Shown here: positions 11,411-22,879 of the stretch, piece by piece | Layout of the letters: every line of letters starts with the position of its first letter | Position numbering within the stretch: position 1 is the stretch's first letter | Source: Octopus bimaculoides | Lineage: Eukaryota | DNA length: 37,903 nucleotides | Direction: 5' to 3' | NCBI RefSeq assembly: GCF_001194135.2 | Contig: NC_068986.1 | Coordinates: forward strand, 68,125,853-68,163,755 | Made by a program: the position numbers and the translations under genes | The notes under the pieces: model-generated | What the model was told of the DNA's origin: nothing | What the model saw: the letters and a program-made list of their open reading frames with translations, nothing else | Databases searched by the model: none

Positions 11411-11439
11411 TGCATATACATATGTAAATATATAGAGAG

Positions 11440-11860
11440 ATATATGTACAGTGAGAAACAAAAACTGAAAATATTCAGTTGAACATTCATGTATAAGCAT
11501 AAAGAAATTTAGGCAAATAATACCGAAATTTATATAGTTATAGAACAGAAAATACAAAAAATATTAACACCAAAATGCAGGAAACTAAGGGCGAAGGCTT
11601 GGTATTTCAGGTAAAAGTAATAGTTGTAATGTTGGCAGTTGGAGTGTGCAGAAAGTCAAGGGAATGCAACCAGTTGTGGATGCGTACAAAACATTACCGT
11701 AAATCTTGCCTTCGTCTTCAGGGTGGACAGATTGGAATATAACATTTCAAATCATAGTGCAAGGAATTTAAGTATAGAATGGGTGAAGTAGCAGGCAAAT
11801 AGAAGTAGGGAGTAGAAGGGAGTAGGCGGCTCAGGGACGGTGGTGTTAAAATAGAGGGAA
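11440..11860 (-). repeat. Pyrimidine-rich dispersed repeat (possible PLE terminal region), copy 1
   Basis: Its reverse complement aligns by eye with 14610-15040 (CCGCCTACT..CTACTTCTATTTGCC..CTGAAGACG.AGGC..TGCACACTCCA.CTGCCAA.ATTACAAC..CATGAATGTTCA). Confidence 0.65.
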
Positions 11861-12304
11861 CGGGAAGAAGAGATAGGAGAGGCAGAGCAAGAATGAAGGG
11901 GTTAGTGGTCAGGGTATTGACAGAAGTAGAAGCGGTGAGTCGAGAGATGAGTGAGAAGGGGTGGGATGGGTCTATTCTGAAGGGTGGCGTCTTTTAAAAC
12001 TAAACGACGTCACCCTTCAGAATTAGGAAACGAAGTAATTAAAAATATCGGCCGGAAGGCGGAGGGGAACTTCGAAGAATAGAGATGGGTTGGCGGCAGA
12101 GGGAGACTGGTAAAATGGGTAGGAAGATATGAGGGTAAATAGAAAGAGGTGAACAGAGAGGGATAAGAGGGTATTAATGGCAATGGCAATGGGTAGGTAG
12201 TGGTGATTGGTTCTGGTTAAGGATGAAGCTAGCGGGAGGTGGGGCAGAAATTTGAAAAATGTGGGTGGGGTGGTGGCATAGGAGTATGTGCTACGTAGGA
12301 CGAA

Positions 12305-12340
<36 letters not shown>

Positions 12341-12945
12341 NNNNNNNNNNNNNNNNNNNNNNNNNNNNNNNNNNNNNNNNNNNNNNNNNNNNNNNNNNNN
12401 NNNNNNNNNNNNNNNNNNNNNNNNNNNNNNNNNNNNNNNNNNNNNNNNNNNNNNNNNNNNNNNNNNNNNNNNNNNNNNNNNNNNNNNNNNNNNNNNNNNN
12501 NNNNNNNNNNNNNNNNNNNNNNNNNNNNNNNNNNNNNNNNNNNNNNNNNNNNNNNNNNNNNNNNNNNNNNNNNNNNNNNNNNNNNNNNNNNNNNNNNNNN
12601 NNNNNNNNNNNNNNNNNNNNNNNNNNNNNNNNNNNNNNNNNNNNNNNNNNNNNNNNNNNNNNNNNNNNNNNNNNNNNNNNNNNNNNNNNNNNNNNNNNNN
12701 NNNNNNNNNNNNNNNNNNNNNNNNNNNNNNNNNNNNNNNNNNNNNNNNNNNNNNNNNNNNNNNNNNNNNNNNNNNNNNNNNNNNNNNNNNNNNNNNNNNN
12801 NNNNNNNNNNNNNNNNNNNNNNNNNNNNNNNNNNNNNNNNNNNNNNNNNNNNNNNNNNNNNNNNNNNNNNNNNNNNNNNNNNNNNNNNNNNNNNNNNNNN
12901 NNNNNNNNNNNNNNNNNNNNNNNNNNNNNNNNNNNNNNNNNNNNN

Positions 12946-13235
12946 TTGCCTGGCCTTTCAACAACCTTAATTCTTAGCTTAAGTTTGTCTAGGGCCCTTC
13001 TAAAGCGGTACGCCAGTTCGCCTCTAGGGGTGGTGTTGACGAACATGACGCTTTGGTACTTGTGGCTATTGTACCATGAGCTTGCCTTCCCTATTTTCTT
13101 CTTAGTTCTTTCTATGGTGTTCCATGATTTGCTCCTATAGAGTGGGCAAATCCCATTCCTATCGTTGCGCTTGATTGTTTCAAACTTCTTCATAGCTCCT
13201 TTGTAAACCCTGATCCTTTCTTTATGGCTGTAACC
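12946..13235 (-). mobile_element. Penelope-like element remnant: RT-to-endonuclease linker
   Basis: GYSHKERIRVYKGAMKKF..CPLYRSKSW..WY..SVMFVNTTPRGELA..IKVVERPG resembles the PLE pattern SGY....R..V......PLYR...W..WY....VMFV..TP..EL......IKVVE..G. Runs into the gap. Confidence 0.65.
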
Positions 13236-13470
13236 ATTCTTTAATTCTTTTACTTCTTTCAGTCATTTGACTGCGGCAATGCTGAAACATCGCCTTTAGT
13301 CGAGCAAATCGACCCCAGAGCTTATTTTCTGTAACCCTAGTACTTATTCTATCGGTCTCTTATGCCGAACCGCTAAGTTACGGGAACGTGAACACGCCAG
13401 CATCGGTTGTCAAGCGATGTTGGGGATCAAACACAGACACACAAACATATACACACACATGCATATATAT
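13236..13470 (-). mobile_element. SINE family B, 3' half
   Basis: Minus strand reads CGCTTGACAACCGATGCTGG..GATAGAATAAGTACTAGG..GGGGTCGATTTG..GCAGTCAAATGACTGAAA. Confidence 0.85.
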
Positions 13471-13817
13471 ATATAATCCAAGAGAGTTAGGGGTTGAGAC
13501 TCCAACCCATTAAGGGATAATATCTAGCCAGTATACTGCTGGGAGGGTACCCAATTATTGTTACACCAGTGATTTACCAAGTGCAATAAGTGGGTGCGGG
13601 TAAAAGGGGGGGTACCCTAAATTTATATAGCAAGAAGAAAATGGAGGGGAATGTGAGGTACTCATCAACTTGCAGACACTGTACTTTGTTGATTAATCCA
13701 TTTATTTTACAACGAAAATGACAATAAAGACAATATACAGACACTTATGACATACCATGTCATATCAACAATTAAAATTTCAGACTAAAAGGACATCTAG
13801 CAACCGAAGAGGAGACA

Positions 13818-13953
13818 AAATCTTACAGCTGTTTCGGCCTAGCGTTGGCATGCCCCATTCTATCTATATAGCTCCAGTACGCTGGAGTGATCGGTAGATG
13901 AAAAGGATGCAATGGGGGTACATGCATGATTCACTAGGCCTCTTCAGAGATTT
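13818..13953 (-). ncRNA. Type I hammerhead ribozyme, intact core
   Basis: AAATCT-CTGAAGA-GGCCTAGTG..CGCTAGGCC-GAAA-C-AGCT-G-TA-AGATTT. Stem I is 6 bp, stem II 9 bp, stem III minimal, and the triplet is GUA. Predicted cut between 13824 and 13823. Confidence 0.85.
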
Positions 13954-14229
13954 ACAAAATTCAAGTCATGAATTTTGCAAAATTCAGATACAAATATAAA
14001 AATATAAAAGCATATAAAAAACATACAAAAAGCATATAAGAAAACCATATAAATAGTCATAAAAACTCATATGTACATGCATATGCATGTATACATTGCC
14101 ATATACAGATATACATGAATACAACAATATAGACATATGAATACCTATATGTATGTTCAGATGTGCATACATAGGTAGCTGTACACGCATACCAAAAGAG
14201 TCGAAAGTCACTGTAACTATATATGAGGA

Positions 14230-14483
14230 CATATATGTGCGGAAAGCATGGCAGATAATGGACCAGGATAGGGTGTATGGAATATTTTGGGACCTGATGT
14301 TGTGTATGTAAGATAGTTAGATAGTTTAGAGGTTCGATTGGAGAAAGAATTCGTATGTGCTCAGTAGCAAGGCTTGAAATCGACTGTGCCGCCAGTGTAG
14401 ACCCTTGCCGGGTGGAAGCGTGGTCTTATCACCCGGCATTTATAGACTTCATTATTGCAGAAACAGAAACCTCCTAGTAGACA
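14230..14483 (-). mobile_element. PLE GIY-YIG endonuclease remnant (Naiad-like pattern)
   Basis: CLLGGFCFCNNEVYKCRV..RVYTGGTVDFKPCY*AHTNSF..SKLSNYL and, after a frameshift, PYTLSWSII. Compare the pattern CPL.G.C...VVYKA.V..YIG.T..FK.RY.NH..SF...LS....I.W.I. Confidence 0.7.
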
Positions 14484-14609
14484 GTGTTGCAACTTTACCT
14501 ACTAGCACTGGTGTTGGAACTGATCCCTGCAGAGGTCTGGTTCGTATGGTCAGTTACCATTGATAACAGCCGTGACTCCCCCTCTCAGCCTAACACCGGT
14601 ACTGATAAT

Positions 14610-15040
14610 GCCCCTCCCCACCCTGAACCGCCTACTTTTCCTTCCACCTACTTCTATTTGCCTTATACATCACTCATTCTGTCCCTAAATTCCCTGCATT
14701 ATGATCTGACATGTTAGATGTCAATCTTTCCAGCCTGAAGACGGAGGCCAAATTTACAACAATGTTTATGAGCATCCATTACTTGATTTTTTGCACACTC
14801 CATCTGCCAATATTACAACCAATACGTAATTCCGATGCTACGAAGAAATTCCTATCGGGTCTGAAATACTATGCCGTTTTCCCTAAATTTTCTGTATTTT
14901 TTGTACTCCATGTTCTGTAAATATATAAACTTGTTCTGTTAATATATGAATCTCTATTTGCTTACACATGAATGTTCATCTTCTGAATATTTCTAGTTTG
15001 GTTTCCTTCTCTATATATATATCTCTATATACATTTACAT
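14610..15040 (+). repeat. Pyrimidine-rich dispersed repeat, copy 2 (inverted relative to 11440-11860)
   Basis: See copy 1. Confidence 0.65.
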
Positions 15041-15107
15041 GTATATATGTATATTTTATATACCAAGTCCAAGCGTGTTTGTTTATTTCCCTCATTATCC
15101 CCAAATC

Positions 15108-15153
15108 ACACACACACATACATACATACATACATACATACATTCATACATAC

Positions 15154-15218
<65 letters not shown>
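15108..15218. repeat. (CA)/(CATA)n/(TA)n microsatellite running into a gap
   Basis: Direct read. Confidence 0.9.
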
Positions 15219-15517
15219 NNNNNNNNNNNNNNNNNNNNNNNNNNNNNNNNNNNNNNNNNNNNNNNNNNNNNNNNNNNNNNNNNNNNNNNNNNNNAGAATG
15301 TAATTCATACCCTCCAGAAAATAAATATATCATAAGAACCTTATTCTAAAAATCAATATAGGAGATAAAAGAATAACTAGTAAATGGTAGTATCAACCAC
15401 ACTATCGGATACCAGTGCAAGAGGGTGACTTTGTATTGTTCGATCTTAATTTCAGAGCAGTTTACCCTTATTCTACCCTAAATGTTACACTGTTTCCCCA
15501 CTTTCCGAAATACGTTA

Positions 15518-15518
15518 T

Positions 15519-15551
<33 letters not shown>

Positions 15552-15552
15552 A

Positions 15553-15592
<40 letters not shown>
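15518..15592. repeat. (TAG)n microsatellite
   Basis: Direct read; source of the poly-Y ORF artefact. Confidence 0.95.
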
Positions 15593-15593
<1 letters not shown>

Positions 15594-15848
15594 TAGGGTT
15601 GACAGGACAGACATTGTCGTAGCGTATTTAGCTAAAAATGACATAATACTTGTTTGTTGTAGTGATGTAAATGTAAATGTAAACAACTTTATTGTGTCAC
15701 TGGAATGCAGCAATTGTTTTCTCTATATACTATATTCAAAATAATTTACTGACAATACTTGTCATAAAATATTATTGCACATTTATAAAACCTTCTTTGG
15801 CTTTATCACATTCGTAATATAATATAATATGTATGTGTGTGTATGTTT

Positions 15849-15891
<43 letters not shown>

Positions 15892-16309
15892 TGTGTATGT
15901 GTGTGTAAATATTAGTGTCTAACAATGGTGTTTAGAAATGTTCTGTGAGATATTTAAAGGGAGGAGAGCCAAAACAAAGTAGCGCATTAATAATAAATTG
16001 GTCAACAGATAAAATTTGGGGAAATCTGATGCAGTAGCTTGGGTGTCATGTATGTATGTATGTATGAATGCCTATATGCATGCATCCGAGTGTGTACTTT
16101 TGTATGTACGTATACACAAAACTCTAACTGGATAATCAGCGATTAAGTAATACGAAAATTAAGTAGCAAGATAAATTTGAAACTGAGTTGATAACGTTCT
16201 AAGCTTAAAGCGTGTTTGTGTTCTAAAAGCATGACATCTGACACATTTGTCATATTTTCATTACATGAGACGCATATAGCAGTGGGGGTTTTTTTTTTCT
16301 GTTTGTTAA

Positions 16310-16490
16310 GGCGACGAGCTGGCAGAATTGTTACTCTGCCGGGCAAAACGCTTAACTTCATTTCTTCTAATTTAACGATCGTAGTTCAAATTCTGCCTCC
16401 TCTCCTCTCGGGGTCGATAAAATAAGTACCAGTTGCGCACTGAATCTATCTGACCAGCCCCTTTCCGCCAAAATGCCAGGCTCCCAAAAT
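16310..16490 (+). mobile_element. SINE family A (internally deleted)
   Basis: GAGCTGGCAGAATTG..GTTCAAATTCT..GGGGTCGATAAAATAAGTACCAG. Confidence 0.8.
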
Positions 16491-16845
16491 ACAAAGCCCC
16501 TAAAATTACGTCAGCAAAGTTTCGAACTAATTTTTTAATAGTTTTCTGGTTTGATTTTCAAATCCTACCAAAGTATAAGAAATTATTATTCTGTTGAGAC
16601 ACTATCGAAGATTTCATCCTAAAATAACATCAACACAAGAATAGTTCTGTGCTGCCTTGTCTAAATTCATGAGAGGTTTTCTATACAATAAATAAACGAA
16701 AGATCCATCAGGGTAAGCAGGGCAGATTGAATTAGAAACCTGGTTTCAGGATCTAAATTATTTCATTGGTGAGGATGTGAATGTTTTTAGTTTTTTTGTT
16801 GTTTTTTTTTTTACTTATTGCACATAGTGAAATTAATTTCACCTA

Positions 16846-17019
16846 GGCACAGACGTGGCTCGGTAATAAGAAGCTTGCTTCCCAGTCATACGGTTCTGGA
16901 TTCAGTCCCACTGCATCGCACCTTGGACAAGTGTCTTCTACTATAGCCCTCGCCTGACAAAAGTCTTATGAGATGATTCGGTAAACGGAAACTGAAAGAA
17001 TCTCGTGTTACATATGATT

Positions 17020-17062
<43 letters not shown>

Positions 17063-17302
17063 TATAGATAGATAGATAGATGTGGGAGGGGGGATTTCGG
17101 TTGTATTTGTCCCTACCACCGCTTAACAAGTAGCGTTGGTTTGTTTATGTCCCCCGTAACTTAGCAGTCCGACAAAAAACCGATAGAATAAGTACCAAAC
17201 TGTAAAATATGTACTACGGTCGATTTGTTCGGCGGAAACCTTTCAATACAGTGCTTCAACATGGCCACAGTCCATTGACTGAAACAAGTAAAACGAAAAA
17301 GA
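16846..17302 (+). mobile_element. SINE family B with internal (GATA)n
   Basis: tRNA-like head AAGAAGCTTGCTTCCCA..GGATTCAGTCCCA, then CCTTGGACAAGTGTCTTC, (GATA)n at ~17019-17080, and a 3' end GATAGAATAAGTACC..GACTGAAACAAGTAAAA. Confidence 0.85.
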
Positions 17303-17814
17303 TATTCTCTGTATTCCTTACACAATTTTCGTCGGATCTCCGTCGTTTTGACGATGATTATTCAGCTGTTCTATCAACTGAAAATTGCTTGCTCCTAAAT
17401 TAACATGAAAGTGACTGGGTATTTTAAAACCATGAGTGCCCTTAACATAATTCTAGGACAAAAATCAGTAAGACACATTGTGTAACAAGGCTACACATTT
17501 TGAATTACTCGACTGGATTTTATACAGTTTTCGTCTCCCTAATTCACTCACAAGGTCTGAATCCACCCTAGAAAGTGGAATTTACCCCAATGGGAGCAAA
17601 CTCAGGGATCCCCTGGCTGCAAAACGAATCATTCAGCCATGTTGCACTTACATTCTTAAATTGTCAAAATCACTAAGGAAGAGTTAGTTTGGAAATAACC
17701 CTCAATTAATTTCGCTCTTGCTATGAATGTAATCATTTCTTTTATTACAGCCGAGGCGTCATTTTTAAATCTGGCATACCAATGTCACAAAACCATTTTT
17801 TTTTTTCTTTTTAG

Positions 17815-17898
17815 TTATTTTGCTTCTTACATTGGCGTAGACAACTCGTTGCGCCTAATCTATGACTGGGAGATGACAGAAAAGGACTGTAGAATGAG
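17815..17898 (+). CDS. Candidate 84-nt internal coding exon (YFASYIGVDNSLRLIYDWEMTEKDCRM)
   Basis: Strong polypyrimidine tract and AG at 17813-17814; weak donor AG|GTTTTT at 17899; phase 2 at both ends. Confidence 0.28.
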
Positions 17899-18347
17899 GT
17901 TTTTAACTTAAATGTATGGTTGTTACACCAATGTCATTTCGAATTAATCAACTACGAAATTTCCTATTGTAAATGACAGCGTTGAAAAAAGTCTAAGCGA
18001 TTTTAATTCATTCTAGAGTTTACACCGAAAATTCTGCGTTGTAATTAGTTACATTGTAGAAGTTTAAAATGTGTGACTGCGGATGACGTGATTAAATTTA
18101 GGGTTACGACTACAGATTATTCAAACACGTGAAGGGTGAGAATGTTCAACTGATTTTCTAGCGATTTTCTCAAGACTTTCGTTCAAGAAATACAGATACA
18201 GAATTAGAATGTTCTCTTCGTGGGAATAACATTTCTAATTTGGAATTCCTACAGGGTGTGATTTGGTTTGGTGTTGAAAACGTTTCCTCGTCGAAAGATA
18301 AAAGCTAGTTAGTTTTATTGAAAGTAGTGCATTTTTTTTCTTTTCAG

Positions 18348-18459
18348 TTGTCAGTGTATGACTCCCTCCTACCACATCTTCCCCTCTCTTGAGACAGGCC
18401 AACTGGATATGGAATTTTTGGAAGCGAGAAGGGATGTTAAGATACAAATGAAGTCATGA
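18348..18459 (+). CDS. Candidate terminal coding exon (CQCMTPSYHIFPSLETGQLDMEFLEARRDVKIQMKS*)
   Basis: Acceptor ATTTTTTTTCTTTTCAG, phase-compatible with the 17815 exon, followed by unique AT-rich DNA with AATAAA at 18761, 18820 and 19002. Confidence 0.28.
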
Positions 18460-19386
18460 AGGAAACTGAGATCACTTTGTTATTATTGCCAAAGATAATA
18501 ACATATTGAATGTTAAAGTAGTTCAAAATGAAAAAGAATTTTTCAAATCCGAATGTCACAATAGACCATGTCAGATGGGATTTAATGTTTTGCAGAGATG
18601 TTAATATATTATTTTACTGTCAAAATGTCTCAACATTGCGGCGGATAAGATTTTGGTAAGATTTAGCTTTTGGAGGAGACATGGGAAAGTCATATTAAGG
18701 TTAATTGAAAACTGGTGAATGGAAAAGAAGAGGAAGAGGGGAAACGTGCTGAACATGGGCAATAAATATGATGGTTAATAATTTGTAGAAAGGAAAAGTT
18801 ATCAAATAAGCTGTAAAGGAATAAAACTGCTGGTTGTCAAATATATATTGGTTTTGTGCCGGTTATAGCAAAGATTTAGATGTCTATGTAATGTAATGGC
18901 CTTGTTCAAAAATATTATAGTGCTGTTTGTGATTGTTTGGGAAGGTGTCATATATGCATGTATAGCTGAGCAAAAGAAATTTAACCTTATAATTGTTTTG
19001 AAATAAATCAACTTCAAAAAAATTATTGAAGCTGTTGGTGGAAAGGTTAGTTGGTGGGAAGATTCATTGAGGGCAGCGAGGAGATAACTAATCGCAGAAT
19101 CGTCTATCTGCGTTCATGTCAAGGTTGTTCTAAACGAAAAAAAAAAAACCTCTACAGGTCTTTGTGACGGTGCTTACCTCCACTTACTTTGTTTTGCTTT
19201 TTGGAGTTAAGTGGATGAGAGATAGTTCTCCTCCAGTGCAGGATAACAATCCTATCGCGATTAACTTTGCCTATGGGAAGACTTCATCCCAACACTCGCC
19301 AGTTTTACTGAGTTGCCAGTATGTTACGCAAACACACACACACACACACACTAACACAAACAGACGCACATATATACACAAACATA

Positions 19387-21219
19387 TTCCCTTTATCCGC
19401 GTAACTGAATAATGCTAAGAGAAGGCATAAGATATTTGACCAGAAAATTAATCCTCTACTCTATATGGATGATCTAAAACTGTTTGCCAAAAACGACAAA
19501 GAATTAGAAGAGCTCCTGAATATTGTCAAAGAATTCAGCATTGATATAGGTATGGAATTTGGACTTGATAAATATGCAAAGGCTTCTTTCAAGGCTGGGA
19601 AATTCATAAAAGCAGAAAACACAGAACTTGATACTACCACAGCTATTCGAAACCTTGACCAATCCGAAGTATACAAATACCTGGGAGCCAATGAAGGTTA
19701 TGGTATCCAGCACTCTAAAATGAAAGAGCAAATCCACAAGGAATGCTACCGAAGGGTTAAAATGGTCCTAAACTCAAAATTAAATGCTGCTAACAGAATT
19801 AATGCGATCAATTCTTTAGCTATACCAATAACAACATGTGGCTTCGGTATCACTAAGTGGAGTCTCACTGACATGCATATTATGGATAAAAAGATCCGTA
19901 ACACCTTTACAAGGTACCGAATGCACCATCCAAAATCAGATGTAGACAAGATTTACCTCCCAAGAAAAATAGGTGGAAGATGCCTGATACAGCACTAACA
20001 ATCCTTCAAATCAGCAATAATAGGCCTTGAGACGTACCTTAATACAACAAGTGATGTGATCTTACAAACTGCACTGAGACATGAAAATTCCAAGCAAGCT
20101 TCAGTCATGAAGCTTAGTCAGAAACTTAAAAAGTCCCTTGGCTTACAAGTTAACAATAAGAATGACCAAAGACACCCAAATACTGACAGACATACTATTG
20201 CTCCTCCTGGTTTCGAAAATAATAATCAGAAAGACCAAAGAGATCCAAATAATGACAAGCAAAAAACATCAATCAAAAAGCAAAGAAGGCTTGCATGAAT
20301 AATATCGAAGACAACTGGAAAGATAAACCCCTGTATGGAAAATACTCTAACTGCTTGTCCAAGCTAGATATTAATCAAAATGTAACACACTAATGGCTGC
20401 AAGGGAGTGGTCTGAAAGGAGAAATAAAAGGTTTTGTTATTGCAGCGCAAGATCAGTGCTTACCTCCCAGAAACTACCATGCAGACGTCCTTAAAGATGG
20501 ACCTGACCCTTCGTCAGAATTTGCGGAAATTCCACAGAGACAATTAATCATGTTTCTAGCTGCCCAGTCCTCACAGAAAAGGAGTACCTCATAAGATATG
20601 ACAGTCTAGGGAAGTCCATCCACTGGAATGCTTGTAAATACTGCAAAATTAAATCCCATGATAAGTGGTACAGGTACTATCCAGAGGATGTAGTAAATGG
20701 CGAGGGCGTCACCGTCCTTTGGCGAGGGAGTCACTATCCCAATACACACAGACAGAAAAATTGACTCCAATCGACCAGACATTGTGATCAAGGACTACAA
20801 CAGAGGAACTTGTCTGTTAATAGGTATGTCTGTCCCACAAGATCAAAATGACTCAAGAAAGCAATGCGAAAAGCTTTCTCACTATAAAGATCTGCAAACT
20901 GAAATCACAAAAATGTGGAAGCTTAGTATTACGATAATATTAGTAGAATTGAGCTGAGGAGTATATTAAGCAACTCCCTAGTAACGCCAATCTCCGTGGA
21001 CTACAAAAGATAATCTTGATGTATACAGCCCATATACTACGGAAAGCATTCTCCATCTAAAATTAAATAAATGTGGTGATAATTTTAGCATGCATAGCAA
21101 AACAAAAGTGCCCTTGCTACTCTTGGTCTCCGGAGGATGCCTGGTGATAAGGCAGCGGAAATAAGGTTATAATGAAAGGAAACCATGAATGACAATACTA
21201 CTACTACTACTACTACTAC

Positions 21220-21277
<58 letters not shown>
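19387..21277 (+). mobile_element. 5'-truncated R4/Dong-like non-LTR retrotransposon (RT + CCHC + restriction-like endonuclease), inactivated, with a (TAC)n(TAA)n tail
   Basis: LLYMDDLKLFAKND, YKYLG, IYLPRKIGGR, AAQDQ, a frameshifted CRICG..H..SCP knuckle, NRPDIVIKD..EKLSHYKDL and terminal LQKIILMYTAHILRKAFSI* (stop at 21060). Multiple stops and frameshifts. Confidence 0.92.
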
Positions 21278-21278
<1 letters not shown>

Positions 21279-21815
21279 CCCGGATGCAGTACCAGGCAGT
21301 GGCTCTCATAGTTTCTGATCTTAATTGATTGGAAGTGTTATCATGTACATTGTTTTGTTTTGATATAAAAGATGAGCTACAGCAAATATTCTGCTTAATA
21401 CCACAGATTTGGTTGTTAGTTGTCTGACGTTAACCAGTTGAGCATGTCCCTTGGGGTCTGACGATATGTGCATCACTGATCATGAGCAGAAGTAATGGGG
21501 GAGCATCATAGCCATGTGTTGAGAGAATTTCTTTGAGGTTTGAATAATTCACCTTTGGAAACATGTGTGTTTTGCTCAACATCCTTAACACAACCTTTAT
21601 TCAGGGACCTTTTGAGCGGTATGGGCAACTCGATCTGAAGAAAATTCTAACCCTGGGCCCCATCTGCGAGGTCATGCGCCGTTTATCTTGATAGGAGATC
21701 ACCATTTCGCGCACACATGGTTGTGATGCATGTGACGGGTAGTCATGATGGGAATAATGGGCTTAGTACATTTTGCCCCAGTGTCACTTTGATGGCATGC
21801 ACTGCTCTCTCACTC
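21278..21815. mobile_element. 538-bp non-coding element bounded by (AAT)n arrays
   Basis: More GC-balanced block with sharp boundaries against (TAA)n on the left and (AAT)n 21816-21863 on the right. No long ORF and no obvious TIR. Confidence 0.5.
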
Positions 21816-21863
<48 letters not shown>

Positions 21864-21941
21864 CCTTTCTACTGGAGGCACAACGCCTCAAATTTTGGGG
21901 GAGGGAACTAGTCGATTACATTGACCCCAGTGTTTCATTGA
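21864..21941 (-). mobile_element. SINE family A, 3' end (truncated by the gap)
   Basis: CCTTTCTACT..AGTCGATTACATTGACCCCAG. Confidence 0.75.
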
Positions 21942-22840
21942 NNNNNNNNNNNNNNNNNNNNNNNNNNNNNNNNNNNNNNNNNNNNNNNNNNNNNNNNNNN
22001 NNNNNNNNNNNNNNNNNNNNNNNNNNNNNNNNNNNNNNNNNNNNNNNNNNNNNNNNNNNNNNNNNNNNNNNNNNNNNNNNNNNNNNNNNNNNNNNNNNNN
22101 NNNNNNNNNNNNNNNNNNNNNNNNNNNNNNNNNNNNNNNNNNNNNNNNNNNNNNNNNNNNNNNNNNNNNNNNNNNNNNNNNNNNNNNATCTGGAAACTTG
22201 ACTGATGAGAGAAGGCCACGAATGGCCCGTCCTTGTTTTGTTCTGTCCTTCTTCGTATGTTCTGTCCTTCTCCAGATGCTTTATTGTCGTTGAACGATAT
22301 TTCAACAGCTAACCTGTCTTTGCAGGGTTCGTAAAAATTCAAAATTATAGAAATTCAGATTCAAAATTTGAACGAGGCAACCAGCGTTCCCACGTTGATG
22401 GAATGACATCCTCAGTCTAGCTTGCTGGTGGAAGTTTATTTCACTGGGTAATTACCGTATAGAATGTGTCTTGTTTTGGGGTTGCTTTGTTTAGGTTGTA
22501 TTATTGAATTGATTGTGTCTTGTGTTGGATTATTTCATTTATTTAATTCAATTTTAGAAAAAATTGAAGCATGTCAATTAGGGAACGTATTGAACTTATT
22601 TTATTTGTGATTTTTGTCCTACCCTGTATATATTAAGCATGCACTTATTGAAAACACGCAATACATAGGCACTCGCACAGTATAATTCTTAATACACACG
22701 CGCAAACACTCATACACACCCACCTCTCCTTCTCTCTCACTGTCTCTCTCACATATATATATATATATATACACATATGTGTGTACTTGCATGTCTGTAT
22801 GTATATGTGTTTGCGTTTGTGTGTGTAAGTGTTTGTTTGT

Positions 22841-22879
<39 letters not shown>

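Noticed and set aside
11580-11722. CTGAAGA followed by a CGAAGGC/GCCTTCG stem on the minus strand (homologous at 14735-14880) as a hammerhead
   Set aside because: No GAAA-stem III-NUH follows the stem in either copy.
14360-14362. In-frame TGA in the GIY-YIG remnant as possible selenocysteine recoding (reported for some Naiad PLEs)
   Set aside because: It falls where Arg (CGA) fits the K.RYR.H pattern, so CpG decay explains it. The frame is also broken by a frameshift.
19164-19412. 82-aa ORF with a hydrophobic N-terminus as an exon
   Set aside because: The upstream AG lacks a polypyrimidine tract, and the ORF runs into a (CA)n repeat.
22202-22231. CTGATGA..GAAT..GTC hammerhead-like core next to the gap
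   Set aside because: GAAT instead of GAAA, with no stem I or stem II pairing.
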